In this document: one piece after another, positions 40,115 through 50,170 of the stretch
Numbering within the stretch: position 1 is the stretch's first letter
How the letters are laid out: every line of letters begins with the position of its first letter
Source of the DNA: a bacterium
GTDB lineage: Bacteria; UBA8248; JACPRG01; G963555815
Direction of reading: 5' to 3'
DNA length: 64,000 nt
Assembly: GCA_965261595.1 (NCBI GenBank)
Contig: CBDHDG010000005.1
Span: 448,001-512,000 of the forward strand
Translations under genes and position numbers: made by a program
The notes under the pieces: model-generated
The model's database searches: none
What the model was told of the DNA's origin: nothing
Seen by the model: the letters and a program-made list of their open reading frames with translations, nothing else

Positions 40115-42436
40115 ATGACGCAGGATCGCGGCGAAAAGGGTCCCGTCGGACAATCCATCCGGCGCGTCGACGGGGCCGGCAAGACGACGGGCGAGACGCG
40201 CTTCTTCTCGGATCTCTATCCCCCGGACGTGCTCTGGGTGCGGACCCTGCGATTCGAGCCGGGTCCGTCGGGAAGCGTCCACGCGCGCATCCGCGCCCTC
40301 GACTCGTCCAAAGCGGAAAGCGCCCCGGGCGTCGTCCGGGTGATCACGGCGAAGGACGTTCCCGGGGAGAATTCCTTCGGCGTGCACGTCCAGGATCAGC
40401 CGGTTTTGTGCGACAGCCGGGTCCGTTTTCACGGGGACGCGCTCGCCCTGGTCGTCGCGGAGACCCGAGAGGCGGCCTCGGCGGCCTTGGATCTCATCGA
40501 CGTGGATTACGAGCCTCTGCCCATCCTCCTGGACCCGGACGCGGCCATGGCCGGGTACGCCTTCCCCATCGGCGAGGGCGGCAACGTCGTGAAGGCGGTC
40601 CACGTGGAGCGGGGGGACCTGGAGGCCGGATTCGCCGAGGCGGATGTCATTATCGAGAACACCTTCGAGACCCCCCGGCAGGCGGCGGCCTTCATTGAGA
40701 CCGAATCGGGCGTGGCCCGCATGGAGGGGGGGGGAGAGGGGGACATCCTGGTTGTGCAATCCGGCGCCCAGAACCCCTTCGACGACCGCCGCGAGATCGC
40801 CCGGTCGCTGGGGATCCCGGTGGAGCGAATCCGCATGCAGGCGTCGCCCATCGGCGGCGGGTTCGGCGCGAAAGACGGAATCTCCATGCAGATCCACTTG
40901 GCGCTGGCGGCCTGGCTGACCGGCCGGCCCGTGCGGCTCTTTTGGGAGCGCGAGGAGTCCAACCTGGCCGGCTGGAAGCGCCACCCGTTCCGGATTTCCC
41001 TCAAGACCGGGGTGAAGCGGGACGGGACGCTGACGGCCCACCGGGCCCGGGTGGTCGCCGACACCGGCGCCTATGTCGGCTGCGGCCCCGCGGTCCTCTG
41101 CGTGGCGGTCGAGGCGGTGGGCGGCCCGTACCGGATTCCCCACGTCGGGATCGACGGCTATTGCGTCCTCACCAACAACACGCCGGCCGGTGCGATCCGG
41201 GGGTTCGGGGCGGTGCAGGCCTGCCTCGCCATGGAGTGCCAGATGGACGCCCTGGCGGTGGCCCTGTCGATGGACCCGCTGGCGCTTCGCAAGCGCAACG
41301 CCGTCCGGGCGGGCGAAACCGCTCCCCTGGGCAACGTCCTGCAATGTTCCGTCCACTACGAGGAGACCCTTGCCGCCATCGAGTCGTCCGGGGCCTGGCG
41401 GACCCAGGAGAACTGGAAGCGGGAAGCCCCGCGCCCCTGGATCAAGCGGGGCGTCGGGATTGCGTCCGGGGTGAAGGGCGTAGGCATGGGGCAGTTCCCG
41501 GACGAGGGGTCCGTGCGGATGGAGATCACCGCCGAAGGAAAATTCGTTCTGGGCGTGGGGTTGAGCGAGATGGGGGAGGGGATCACGACGGCCTTTGTCC
41601 AGATGGCGGCCGAGACGCTCCACTGTTCCCCCGGGGACGTCGAGCTTCTTCCGGTGGACACCGATCAGGTTCCGGAGTGCGGGGGCGCGGACGCCTCCCG
41701 CTCCACGATGACCGGAGGGAACGCCATCCTGTGGGCCGCTCCGCTGATGGAGGCCCTTTTGAAGAAAGAGGCGGCGGGAAAACTCGAAGTGGACGAAGAG
41801 GATCTCGAGCTGCATGGCGGCGCCGTCCGGTCCCGCTCGGCGCCGGATCGCTCGGTGGGCTACGCCGAAATCGGCCGGTCGATTCGGGGCCGGGGCGAAT
41901 CCGGCCGGGTGGAGGCGCGCTACGAATGGCCTCGGGATCAGGACCCGATCCCGGGCGCCGAAGAGCTCCCCCATCTCTTTTACGCCTTCGCGACCCACCT
42001 GGCCCGGGTCGAGGTGGACACCCTCACCGGCCGCGTTCGCCTTCTGGGCCTGGTGACCGCCCAGGACGTGGGCCGGGTGATCAATCCCCAGGGGCTCGAA
42101 GGCCAGAGCGAGGGGGGGTCGCTCTACAGCGCCGGAATCAGCCTGTGGGAAGACACCCTCCTCTCGGACGCCGGGGTCATGCTGACGCCCAATTTTACGA
42201 CCTACCTGATCGGGACAGCGGCCGACGCGCCCGAGATCGAGACCCTCGACATCGACGGCTTCGAGCCCCTCGGCCCGTTCGGCGCCAAGGGGGCCGGGGA
42301 GATCGTGACCCTTCCGGCCGCCGCTGCTGTCGTCAACGCCATCCGCGACGCCGCGGGCGTCCGTGTCCGCCGCACGCCGGCAACGCCCGAGCGGGTCTTC
42401 CGCGCGCTTCAGGAAAAGGCCGCCGGGGTCTCATGA
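40115..42436 (+). CDS. Xanthine dehydrogenase-family Mo-binding subunit
   Basis: GGGFGAKD, AIRGFG, EGQSEGG, GAKGAGE. Confidence 0.92.
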   Translation: MTQDRGEKGPVGQSIRRVDGAGKTTGETRFFSDLYPPDVLWVRTLRFEPGPSGSVHARIRALDSSKAESAPGVVRVITAKDVPGENSFGVHVQDQPVLCDSRVRFHGDALALVVAETREAASAALDLIDVDYEPLPILLDPDAAMAGYAFPIGEGGNVVKAVHVERGDLEAGFAEADVIIENTFETPRQAAAFIETESGVARMEGGGEGDILVVQSGAQNPFDDRREIARSLGIPVERIRMQASPIGGGFGAKDGISMQIHLALAAWLTGRPVRLFWEREESNLAGWKRHPFRISLKTGVKRDGTLTAHRARVVADTGAYVGCGPAVLCVAVEAVGGPYRIPHVGIDGYCVLTNNTPAGAIRGFGAVQACLAMECQMDALAVALSMDPLALRKRNAVRAGETAPLGNVLQCSVHYEETLAAIESSGAWRTQENWKREAPRPWIKRGVGIASGVKGVGMGQFPDEGSVRMEITAEGKFVLGVGLSEMGEGITTAFVQMAAETLHCSPGDVELLPVDTDQVPECGGADASRSTMTGGNAILWAAPLMEALLKKEAAGKLEVDEEDLELHGGAVRSRSAPDRSVGYAEIGRSIRGRGESGRVEARYEWPRDQDPIPGAEELPHLFYAFATHLARVEVDTLTGRVRLLGLVTAQDVGRVINPQGLEGQSEGGSLYSAGISLWEDTLLSDAGVMLTPNFTTYLIGTAADAPEIETLDIDGFEPLGPFGAKGAGEIVTLPAAAAVVNAIRDAAGVRVRRTPATPERVFRALQEKAAGVS

Positions 42437-42489
42437 CGGGCGCGCAGGGAGCATCCTCGGCTGGACCTTGAACCGCGATTGAAAAACGC

Positions 42490-42780
42490 TCAGTCTTTGG
42501 GTTCGTACACTTCAAAAAATCGAACTTCCGGCGGCCCCTTCAAGATATCGCCGGCCTTTTCGCGCAACGCGGGTCCCAGGGCCGCGTCAACGGCCTCCGC
42601 GTCCTCTTTTGTTTCCCAAAGGCTCACCGTTCCATACTGATTGGTATCGTTTTTCCCGAGAAAAGTCACGGACTGAAACCCCTTGAGCGCCCGGTAATGG
42701 GCGGCCATCTCATCCGCAATTTTCTCCATCGTGGACCTCATCCCCGGACCCACAGTCAGAACGGCCAGGCGTGCATGCAT
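42490..42780 (-). CDS. Antibiotic biosynthesis monooxygenase (ABM)-like protein
   Basis: MHARL...KGFQSV...VSLWETKEDAEA...FEVYE; GGAGG RBS. Confidence 0.7.
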   Translation of the reverse strand: MHARLAVLTVGPGMRSTMEKIADEMAAHYRALKGFQSVTFLGKNDTNQYGTVSLWETKEDAEAVDAALGPALREKAGDILKGPPEVRFFEVYEPKD

Positions 42781-43167
42781 AGGCGTTTCCTCCATCAAAA
42801 GATTGCCAAAGAGGCTTGGGTCATTTCCCGCATTCTAACATTCTCCCACGCCCTCAAACTGGCGTCTCCCCCGTAGCAACGTCGCACGAAAGAGCGCCCC
42901 GGACGCACCCCCTTCCAGCGCCCCCCGAGAAGGATCGCCCGACCGGCGGGGTGACAGGCAGTCCCCTGCCCGATGGGAAGAAACTGATTGATCGGTCGCG
43001 GCTCTCCAGCGATCTCTCCCGCATACAGTGTTATCACACAAGGAATTCCGGGCGGCCCATTCGCCGATTACCAAGTTAACAAATTCAACCTCAGAATCCT
43101 GACCCTCCTTCCCCTTAATAAGAGTCAATGACTGTAAATTCAAATGGTTATCATGCTATCCCCCGTT

Positions 43168-43184
43168 TTGGCATCCTGGTTGCT
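43168..43184 (+). promoter_or_regulatory. Putative sigma-54 (-24/-12) promoter
   Basis: TTGGCATCCTGGTTGCT: GG-N10-GC spacing, TGGCAy-N5-TTGC; preceded by an AT-rich tract. Confidence 0.65.
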
Positions 43185-43291
43185 TTTATAGGAGATGCGA
43201 CGGCCGCAAGAATCCCGCGAGAACATCGGCCGATGAAACGACAGCCCCAAGAAGGCCACAAAGTTGTATCCAAATGAGGGAGGGAGAAAAA

Positions 43292-43864
43292 ATGAAACGG
43301 TTCGCGTCCATCCTGTCGGTCCTGGTCGTATTCACCGCCCTTGCCGGTTGCGCGAAAAACCCCTACGGCCCCAAAGGGGATTTCCAGGCCATCCGGCCCT
43401 TTGACCCGCCCCCCAAGGGCGTTACGGCCTATGTGGGGATAGGCGCCGCGAAGGACGACAACCTCCACATCGGAATCCGGAAAGCCGAGACCGCCGCCAT
43501 GGGGGATTTGGCCCGGAACATTTTCCGAGTCGTCGCCTCCGAGAGCAGCGTCTACGTGAAAGACCTGGAAAAACAGAAGATCCTGTTGGATGACGTCACC
43601 ACGGTCGTCACGGTCCTGCCGCTGCCGGGAACGATTTTCAAGGGATGCGTCCGCAACCCGGACAACAATGAGGTCTGGTGCCGGGTGTACATGGCCAAAT
43701 CCGAGGTGGACGAGGAGATTTTCAGCCACCTTGCGGCCATGAGCAAGAACCTGCTCAAAGACTCCGAAGAGAAGCTTCGCCAATACATCCGAAAGAGCGG
43801 CTCCCGCGCCGAGCGGGACGTTCGCATCCTCCGGGAGTTCCGGGGCCGCCCCCTGAAATCCTGA
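43292..43864 (+). CDS. Lipoprotein, LPP20-like
   Basis: Signal peptide with lipobox LAGC; YVGIG...AETAAMGDLARNI pattern. Confidence 0.65.
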   Translation: MKRFASILSVLVVFTALAGCAKNPYGPKGDFQAIRPFDPPPKGVTAYVGIGAAKDDNLHIGIRKAETAAMGDLARNIFRVVASESSVYVKDLEKQKILLDDVTTVVTVLPLPGTIFKGCVRNPDNNEVWCRVYMAKSEVDEEIFSHLAAMSKNLLKDSEEKLRQYIRKSGSRAERDVRILREFRGRPLKS

Positions 43865-43927
43865 TCGCGGGGACCCCTGATCGCAGGGGTTCTCGAGAAA
43901 AACCCGGATTGCGGGTATCGCGTCCCC

Positions 43928-45078
43928 ATGGACTCGCCGCCCTCGGAGGCCCGGAATATGCGACGGAAACGCCCCCCTCGAAACCCGTGGATCGGACGAC
44001 GGCGAATAGGAAGCGCGGGACGCGTCCTGGCGCTGTCCATCAGCCTATCGATGGCCGCCGGATGCGCGGGCCGCCCGGTCCCCACGCTGCCGTCCATCGA
44101 GCGGCGCGGCGTCCTGGACGGCGTCGGGTACGCCCGAATCAAGGACGGTGACGTCGGCCGGGCCCGCAAACAGGCGGTTCGGGCCGCCCTGCGGGACATG
44201 GCCCTCTCCGCACGCGCCGTTGTGCGCATCCGATCGGCTTACCGGATTCGGGCCGAAGACGGCCGGCCCATTTCCGAATCGCTCAAGGACCTCGTCGAAG
44301 TCAGGGCCTTCCAGGTCCTGGCGTCCCGTCACGCGCGCGAGGACGTCGACCTCAAGGCCGGGATGTACCGGGTCTATCTCTGGCTGACCGAGGAAGATCT
44401 CCGCGATAGCATCGAGGAGACCCGGATCGCCCGCCGGGAGCGCTACGCCCGCGCCCGCCGCCTGTACGAGGCCGCCCCAGCCGAGACCGGCGGGAATCCG
44501 TATGAAATTCGGAAAAAGCTCACCGAGATTCGCGACCTGATCGAGGAGGCCGATTTGCGGAGCGACCCGGACGGCGCCGCCTTTCACGCGCGCGTCGAAT
44601 CCCGCCTCAACCGGATTGAATCGCGAATCCGGCAAGGGGAGCGCCTCATCGTCCGGGCCGGGAAGGCGCTGCGGGAAGGCCGCTTGAAGACCGCCGCGGG
44701 CCGGCTGGAATCGGCGCGGAAGAAGGTCCCCGGGGCCGCGCGCCTCCGGGCGCTGAAGGAGGATCTTGAACAGAGGCGCCGGCGGGTCTCGGACCTCAAA
44801 CGCGAGGCGGCCGCCCTTCAGGCGAGGAGAAGCACTCGGAGGCCCTGGAGGTCTTCCGGGAGGCCGGAAAGATCGACCGGGAGGATGAGGAAATCCAGGA
44901 CGGTGTGAGCAAGCTCCGAGCGGTCATCGCCTGGAAGGAAAAGGAGCGGAACGCGAAGATTGTCTCGGGCGTCAAGAACTTCTTCCTGATCCTCGGCGCG
45001 GCCGCCCTGATCGGCGTCGTGGCGGCCTCCGGCGCGAGCGTCAGCCCTTACGCCCATACGGGCGCGTGGAGGCGGTAG
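43928..45078 (+). CDS. Lipoprotein with LPP20-like N-terminus, helical region and C-terminal TM segment (apparent frameshift near 44825)
   Basis: AAGC lipobox and GVGYA...ARKQAVRAALRDMA. The shifted frame continues EEKHSEALEVF...NFFLILGAAALIGVVAA...RR*. Confidence 0.55.
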
Positions 45079-45265
45079 ACCGATTCAAGTTTCGATTCAC
45101 TCCCGCTCCGCCCCTTCAGGGCATTCGCCGTCCCCCCCTCCCCCCGATATCATCCCGTTGCGGATTCAGGTTGTGTCGCCTATGATTGAAATAGTCGAAT
45201 AACGCGCGGGTGAATCCGTCCATTGAACCCAAAGCGGAACCGCTTGATTCAGAGGGCCTGACGCA

Positions 45266-45703
45266 ATGTCCAACCCCGTCCTGGTCGGTGTGAACGACCT
45301 CTTCTTCTCCGCCAAAATCACCGGCCCCGCGAATGTGCTGGGGGTTCCGATGAAGTGCTTCCCCAGCTGCGACCGTCTCCTGGCCGCGGCCCGGGAAGCG
45401 GGCTCGACCCCCCCCCTCGTCATCCTGGACCTGGAATCCGTCGGGGGGGACCCCGTTTCCCTCATCCGGGCCGTCAAATCGGACGAGGGTCTGAAAGACG
45501 CGCGGGTCGTCGCCTTCGGCCGGCACACCAACGCGGAAACACTTCAGGCGGCGGACGACGCGGGCGCCGATCAGGTGATGCCCCGGTCGGACTTCGTCCA
45601 GGTTCTCCCCGACCTGCTCCGCGCGTGCGCCGACGGGGCGCGGACCGCCCTAAGGGCCCAAACCGCCCCAAGGGCGCAAACCGGGACGGAATCTTCCCCA
45701 TGA
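45266..45703 (+). CDS. Receiver-domain-like protein
   Basis: VNDLFFSAKI, LVILDL, VVAFGRH, AGADQVMPRS. Confidence 0.65.
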   Translation: MSNPVLVGVNDLFFSAKITGPANVLGVPMKCFPSCDRLLAAAREAGSTPPLVILDLESVGGDPVSLIRAVKSDEGLKDARVVAFGRHTNAETLQAADDAGADQVMPRSDFVQVLPDLLRACADGARTALRAQTAPRAQTGTESSP

Positions 45704-46272
45704 CCCCCCGGAAGCCGGTCCTGCGCGCGACGCTTCTCCAACTGTCCGCGCTCCTGTGGGCGGTCGCGGCCCTTACGGGCCTCCATGGGTCTTCCGCCCT
45801 CGCCGCCGAGGTGGGGGACCCCCGCCCCGGACTTCCGCCTGAAGAGCACGACGGGCAGGCCCATCGCCCTCAGCGACTACCGGGGGAAGAAGAACGTCGT
45901 CGTCCAGTTCTACGTCCTCGACTTCACCCCCGGCTGATTGGCCGAGTTCACGGCGAGTCAGTTGGACTACGCCAGGTTTCGGGCGCTCGACGCGGAGATC
46001 CTCGGGGTCAGCGTCAACGCTCCCCATTCGCAGGCCATCTTCGCCCAGATGCTGAAGCTGAAGTTTCCCCTCCTCAGCGATTTCAGGATGGAGGCCATGC
46101 GGAAATGCGGGGTCAAGAACCCCCGGCGCGAGATGGCGCTTCTCTCCTGGTTCATCGTCGACAAGAAAGGGATCATCCGCCTCAAGCACGTCGCCCGAAA
46201 GCAGGGCGACATCCTCCCCACAAAGACGCTGCTCCGAGAGCTGCGGGGGATCCGGGGGGGGGGGGGGGATGA
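45700..46272 (+). CDS. Exported peroxiredoxin (AhpC/TSA family); predicted selenoprotein (TGA 45935-45937); homopolymer frameshifts near 45820 and 46260
   Basis: Signal peptide...AEVGDP / [41 protein letters not shown]...AEILGVSVN...FPLLSDF...[10 protein letters not shown]. Confidence 0.85.
   Translation: MTPRKPVLRATLLQLSALLWAVAALTGLHGSSALAAEVGDPRPGLPPEEHDGQAHRPQRLPGEEERRRPVLRPRLHPRLIGRVHGESVGLRQVSGARRGDPRGQRQRSPFAGHLRPDAEAEVSPPQRFQDGGHAEMRGQEPPARDGASLLVHRRQERDHPPQARRPKAGRHPPHKDAAPRAAGDPGGGGG
45952..45973 (+). promoter_or_regulatory. Putative bacterial SECIS element
   Basis: GGCGAGTC-AGTTG-GACT(A)CGCC hairpin starting after a 14-nt spacer from the UGA; G at loop position 2. Confidence 0.7.
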
Positions 46273-46502
46273 AGGCGCTCTCGGCCCGTCTCTCGGCCCT
46301 CGCGGCGATCCTTCTCGCGGACGCCGGCGATCTCGTGGCGCACCACGAGCTGGCGGACCCCTCCGTCATCTTCGACAAAATGGACCGGCCCCTCGTGACG
46401 GCCACGTCCGCTCAGGCCCTGTGGGCCGCGCTGGGCATTCTCGTGATTCCCATCGTCATCATCGCGCTGGTTTTCTGGTCGCAGCGCTCAAAGGAGTTTT
46501 GA
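46269..46502 (+). CDS. Small membrane protein
   Basis: 77 aa with N-terminal and C-terminal hydrophobic segments, tightly packed between neighbours. Confidence 0.55.
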   Translation: MKALSARLSALAAILLADAGDLVAHHELADPSVIFDKMDRPLVTATSAQALWAALGILVIPIVIIALVFWSQRSKEF

Positions 46503-46510
46503 AAAACCGA

Positions 46511-47860
46511 ATGAAAGCCGACCTTCGAATCGACGGCGGAACCCTCGTCCTTCCCGAAATGGGTTTGGTCCGGGCCGGTCTGGCGATCCGGGACGGGAAG
46601 ATCGCCGCCATCGGCGACGAGAGCGCCCTCCCCTCGGCCCGAAAGAGAATCGACGCCTCCGGCCTCCACGTCCTGCCGGGACTGGTCGATCCCCACGGCC
46701 ACATGGGACTGAACGACGACTTCGCCGGGGAGTGCGAAACCGAGACCCGCGCCGCGTTGAAGGGCGGCGTCACAACCATCGGGTTGTTCATCCGAACACC
46801 GGGGGACTATCTGGCCGATATCCCGGACCTCGCCGCCCTGGTCGGCCGGACGGCGTTCATCGATGTCTTCTTCACCCTGAACATCTCCGACGCGGAACGA
46901 GTCGGGAACATCCCTCGGTATGCGAAACAATTGGGCATTCATTCGTACAAGTTTTACATGTGGTCCGTGCCGGGCGGGAAGCCGATGGACGACGCCCTGC
47001 TCTTCCGGGGGTTCCGTCAGGTCGCGAAGCTCGGCCGGGCGGGCCTGGCCTGCGTGCATGCCGAAACGAAATCGCTGATCGATGAGGCCACCGAGCGCGT
47101 AGCGGGCCTTCCTTCCGGGAAAGGGTCTCATCTCAAGCGTTACACCGCCAGCCATCCCCCCCTGGCGGAGTCCCTGGCCATCGAGACCGCGGCGCATCTG
47201 GCGGCCGCCGCGGGCGTGCGGCTCTACATCGTTCATCTCTCCTCCCGGGACGGTCTGGAGACGGCCTCGCGCCTCAAGTCTTTCATGCCGGACCTCATCC
47301 TTGAGACCACGCCCCATCACCTGAACCTGACCGAAGAGCACGACGCGGGCATGTGCGCCAAGATCGCCCCGCCCGTCCGGGATAAATCCCACCCGGAGGC
47401 CCTGTGGAAAGGATTGATCGAGGGGAGGATCGACACGATCGGCACGGACAACCTGCCCCGGCGGCGGGCGCAGAAGGTCGATCACTGGCGCGACGCCATC
47501 ACCGGGTTCCCGGGCTACGGCACGCTCCTGCCCCTGATGCTTCACGAGGGCCACCACAAGCGGAACCTCCCCCTGGAAGAGGTCGTCGCCAAGGTCACGG
47601 CCAATCCCGCGAGGGCGTACGGGTATTTCCCCCGAAAGGGGACGCTCCGCCTGGGGAGCGACGCCGACATCGTTCTTGTCGACTTGAAGAAAACGCGCAC
47701 CGTCCGGTGGAAAGACCTGGGCCACTGGTCCGATTTTTCGGTCTACGAGGGCATGCGCCTCAAGGGCTGGCCGGTCATGACGATCAAGGCCGGGAAGGTG
47801 GCCTGCGCGGAGGGCCGAGTTTTGGCGAAGAGGGGATCGGGGGGGTATCTTCGTCACTGA
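46511..47860 (+). CDS. Cyclic amidohydrolase (dihydroorotase/allantoinase/hydantoinase family)
   Basis: VDPHGH, SYKFYM, HAE, YIVH, ETTPHHL, KIAPPVR, GTD; the true start is the ATG at 46511 (MKADLRIDGG). Confidence 0.9.
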   Translation: MKADLRIDGGTLVLPEMGLVRAGLAIRDGKIAAIGDESALPSARKRIDASGLHVLPGLVDPHGHMGLNDDFAGECETETRAALKGGVTTIGLFIRTPGDYLADIPDLAALVGRTAFIDVFFTLNISDAERVGNIPRYAKQLGIHSYKFYMWSVPGGKPMDDALLFRGFRQVAKLGRAGLACVHAETKSLIDEATERVAGLPSGKGSHLKRYTASHPPLAESLAIETAAHLAAAAGVRLYIVHLSSRDGLETASRLKSFMPDLILETTPHHLNLTEEHDAGMCAKIAPPVRDKSHPEALWKGLIEGRIDTIGTDNLPRRRAQKVDHWRDAITGFPGYGTLLPLMLHEGHHKRNLPLEEVVAKVTANPARAYGYFPRKGTLRLGSDADIVLVDLKKTRTVRWKDLGHWSDFSVYEGMRLKGWPVMTIKAGKVACAEGRVLAKRGSGGYLRH

Positions 47861-47891
47861 CAGGCTGCCGAAAAACTTCTTCGAGCTTGAA

Positions 47892-47990
47892 CAGATTCCT
47901 CACGCGGGTTGGTTGACCCTCGTTCGGAATGACAACTTTGAGAGGTGAGTGCACCCACGACATGTCAGTCCGAGCGGTGCGCAGGAATCC
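47892..47990. repeat. Degenerate REP-like palindromic element
   Basis: AGATTCCTCAC...GTTCGGAATGACA and a degenerate inverted partner TGTCAGTCCGAGCG...AGGAATC, between convergent genes. Confidence 0.5.
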
Positions 47991-48123
47991 GTCCCTGGGA
48001 TTTGACAGCCAAATAATCCGGTGGCGGGGGATTCAGGTTCAACGGGGTTCATCCCAAACCGCACCCAAATAGGATGAAATTTCGATAGCGTTTTCTTCCC
48101 CCTTCCCCTCCCCTGAAATAAAT

Positions 48124-49230
48124 TCAAGCGAGCGCCCCCTCCAGGAGCGTCAGGAACTTCTCGTTCTGCCCGGCCGGTCCCACCGTGACGCGGATGTGCT
48201 CCGGAAGTCCGAAGGACGCGCACGGCCGGACAATGATCCCGCCAGCCATCAGGTCGCGGACGATTCGGGAGGCCCCCGGCCCCAGCCGCAGGAAAACGAA
48301 GTTGGCCTCGGTCGGGACGTACTCGATCCCGAGCTTTTCGAGTCCGGCGTAAATCCGGCGCTTTCCCTCATGGACCATCTTCAGCGATCGCTGGTGGAAC
48401 GCATCGTCTCCGAGGGCGGCACGGGCCGCCGCCAGCGCGGGGCCGGAAACGTTGAACGGATCCTTCGTTTTGTGAAGCGCGCGGATCAACGCCGGGCGTC
48501 CGATGCCGAACCCGACGCGAAGGCCCGCCAGTCCGTAGACCTTCGAGAACGTCCGAACACCCGCAATCCAGGCCCCCTTCCGCTCGATGTAGGTCTCGCT
48601 CCGGGGGAAACGATGATCTTCGGAAAAATCCGCGTACGCCTCGTCCAGCACCACAACGGCCGTTTCGGGGAGGTCGCCCAGGAAGGCCTCGAACTCGGTT
48701 TGTGAGAACAGCGTCCCCGTCGGGTTGTTGGGGTTGCAGAGAAAAACAAGCTTCGTCCGGTCCGTTACGCGTGAGCGGACGTCCCCCAAGTCGATGGCAT
48801 GGTCCCGCAGGGGGCTGTACACCGGGACCCCGCCCATGACCCGCGTTACGGTCGTGTAGGGATGAAATGAGGGCGACGGAATGACGCACTCCTCCCCCTC
48901 GTTGACGAAAGCGCGCGCCAGGTTGTGCAGGACGTCGTCGGCCCCGTTCCCGACAAAGAAGTTCTCCGGCCTCAGCCCGAACCGCTCCGCCAGGGCGGCC
49001 TTGAGGTCCCCCACGTTTCCGTCCGGATAGAGGTGAGATCCGTCCAGGGCATTGCGGGCGGCCTCGACGGCGAGGGGAGAAGGGCCCAGGGGGTTCTCGT
49101 TGCTTGCCATCTTCTCGACCGCGTCCAGGCCGAACTCGGCCTGGACCTCCGCAACGGACCGGCCGGGGACGTAATCCTCCAGGTCTTCGATTCCGCGGCG
49201 CATCAAACGGCTCACCGAGTCATCCATCAT
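48124..49230 (-). CDS. hisC: Histidinol-phosphate aminotransferase
   Basis: KMASNENPLGPSP, GNGADD, CNPNNPTG, DEAY, RTFSKVYGLAGLRVG. Confidence 0.93.
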   Translation of the reverse strand: MMDDSVSRLMRRGIEDLEDYVPGRSVAEVQAEFGLDAVEKMASNENPLGPSPLAVEAARNALDGSHLYPDGNVGDLKAALAERFGLRPENFFVGNGADDVLHNLARAFVNEGEECVIPSPSFHPYTTVTRVMGGVPVYSPLRDHAIDLGDVRSRVTDRTKLVFLCNPNNPTGTLFSQTEFEAFLGDLPETAVVVLDEAYADFSEDHRFPRSETYIERKGAWIAGVRTFSKVYGLAGLRVGFGIGRPALIRALHKTKDPFNVSGPALAAARAALGDDAFHQRSLKMVHEGKRRIYAGLEKLGIEYVPTEANFVFLRLGPGASRIVRDLMAGGIIVRPCASFGLPEHIRVTVGPAGQNEKFLTLLEGALA

Positions 49231-49551
49231 CCCTGATTCCAAAGGCAAAGGCCCGGGCGGCACGGGTCCGGGCGGGGGCGCGGGAGAAGGGGGGGGGGCC
49301 GTGATTCCTCCGGAGCGTCCGCCCCGATCTGAACGGGGAGAAACCGGGGAACCCGCACGCCGGACCCACCCAAGCATATCGAATCGGCATTATATCCGGG
49401 GAAGCGTCCTTGAACAGCGGCCCGGAAGGATGCCCCCCGGCCGGTTCGGTCCACCCGCCGGGGGCGCCCCTCCATGTTCGGTTAGAATGGACCAGAACCC
49501 ATTTTCCGTGATATCCACCATCCGCCGCCGCGCGACTTGAGGGAGAGACCG

Positions 49552-50073
49552 ATGGCTCAACCGAGATTCCGGGACACACTGAGAAAGGCGAGCAAAAAAG
49601 TCTGGGAGGCTATCTTCCGCCACCCCTTCCCCCGCGAAGTCGGGGAAGGGACCCTGGAGAAAGAGAAGTTCCGGCACTTCATCGTCCAGGACTACCTCTA
49701 TCTTCAGGATTTCGCCCGGGCGCTGCTTATGGCGGGAAGCAGGGCCCACACCCAGGACACCCTGCAAATGTTCGCCCGGCACGAGGCGGGATGCGTCGAA
49801 GTGGAGCGGGCGCTGCACCGCGGCCTGGCCAGGCGCATCGGCCTCAGCCGCAAGCGCCTGCAATCGGCGAAAAGGGGGCCGGTGACCGAAGCCTATACCC
49901 GCCACCTCTTGTCCGTCACCCGGAGCGGAACCCTGGCCGAATCCGTTGCGGCCGTCCTGCCCTGCTACTGGATTTACTGGGAGGTGGGAAAACGCCTGAA
50001 CCGCCAACCCCCCACGGAGCCGATTTATCGGGAATGTAACGCTCCCGACAAAGGAATAGGCGAAAACGGCTAA
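49552..50073 (+). pseudogene. tenA: Thiaminase II (TenA), C-terminally truncated near 50036
   Basis: HPF, FIVQDYLYL, YTRHLL, VLPCYWIY. Similarity ends at PIYRE, where W is expected, followed by unrelated AT-rich sequence. Confidence 0.8.
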
Positions 50074-50170
50074 AAATGGAATAAAAACGGCCTCCGTTTT
50101 CCATGCTCTCCGGTTCTTTCCGTTATTGTTCGATCACATTAACGATCACATGGACGGCCGGCGGGGCGAC

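Noticed and set aside
40115..42436. Aerobic CO dehydrogenase assignment for the Mo-hydroxylase operons
   Set aside because: None of the large subunits has the AYxCSFR (form I) or AYxGAGR (form II) signature.
45938..47860. 640-aa peroxiredoxin-amidohydrolase fusion in the ORF track
   Set aside because: It depends on the length of a G15 run. The linker overlaps a plausible separate membrane-protein gene, and the amidohydrolase has its own ATG at 46511.
49380..49551. TPP riboswitch upstream of tenA
   Set aside because: The conserved CTGAGA and ACCTGA-type elements are not visible.
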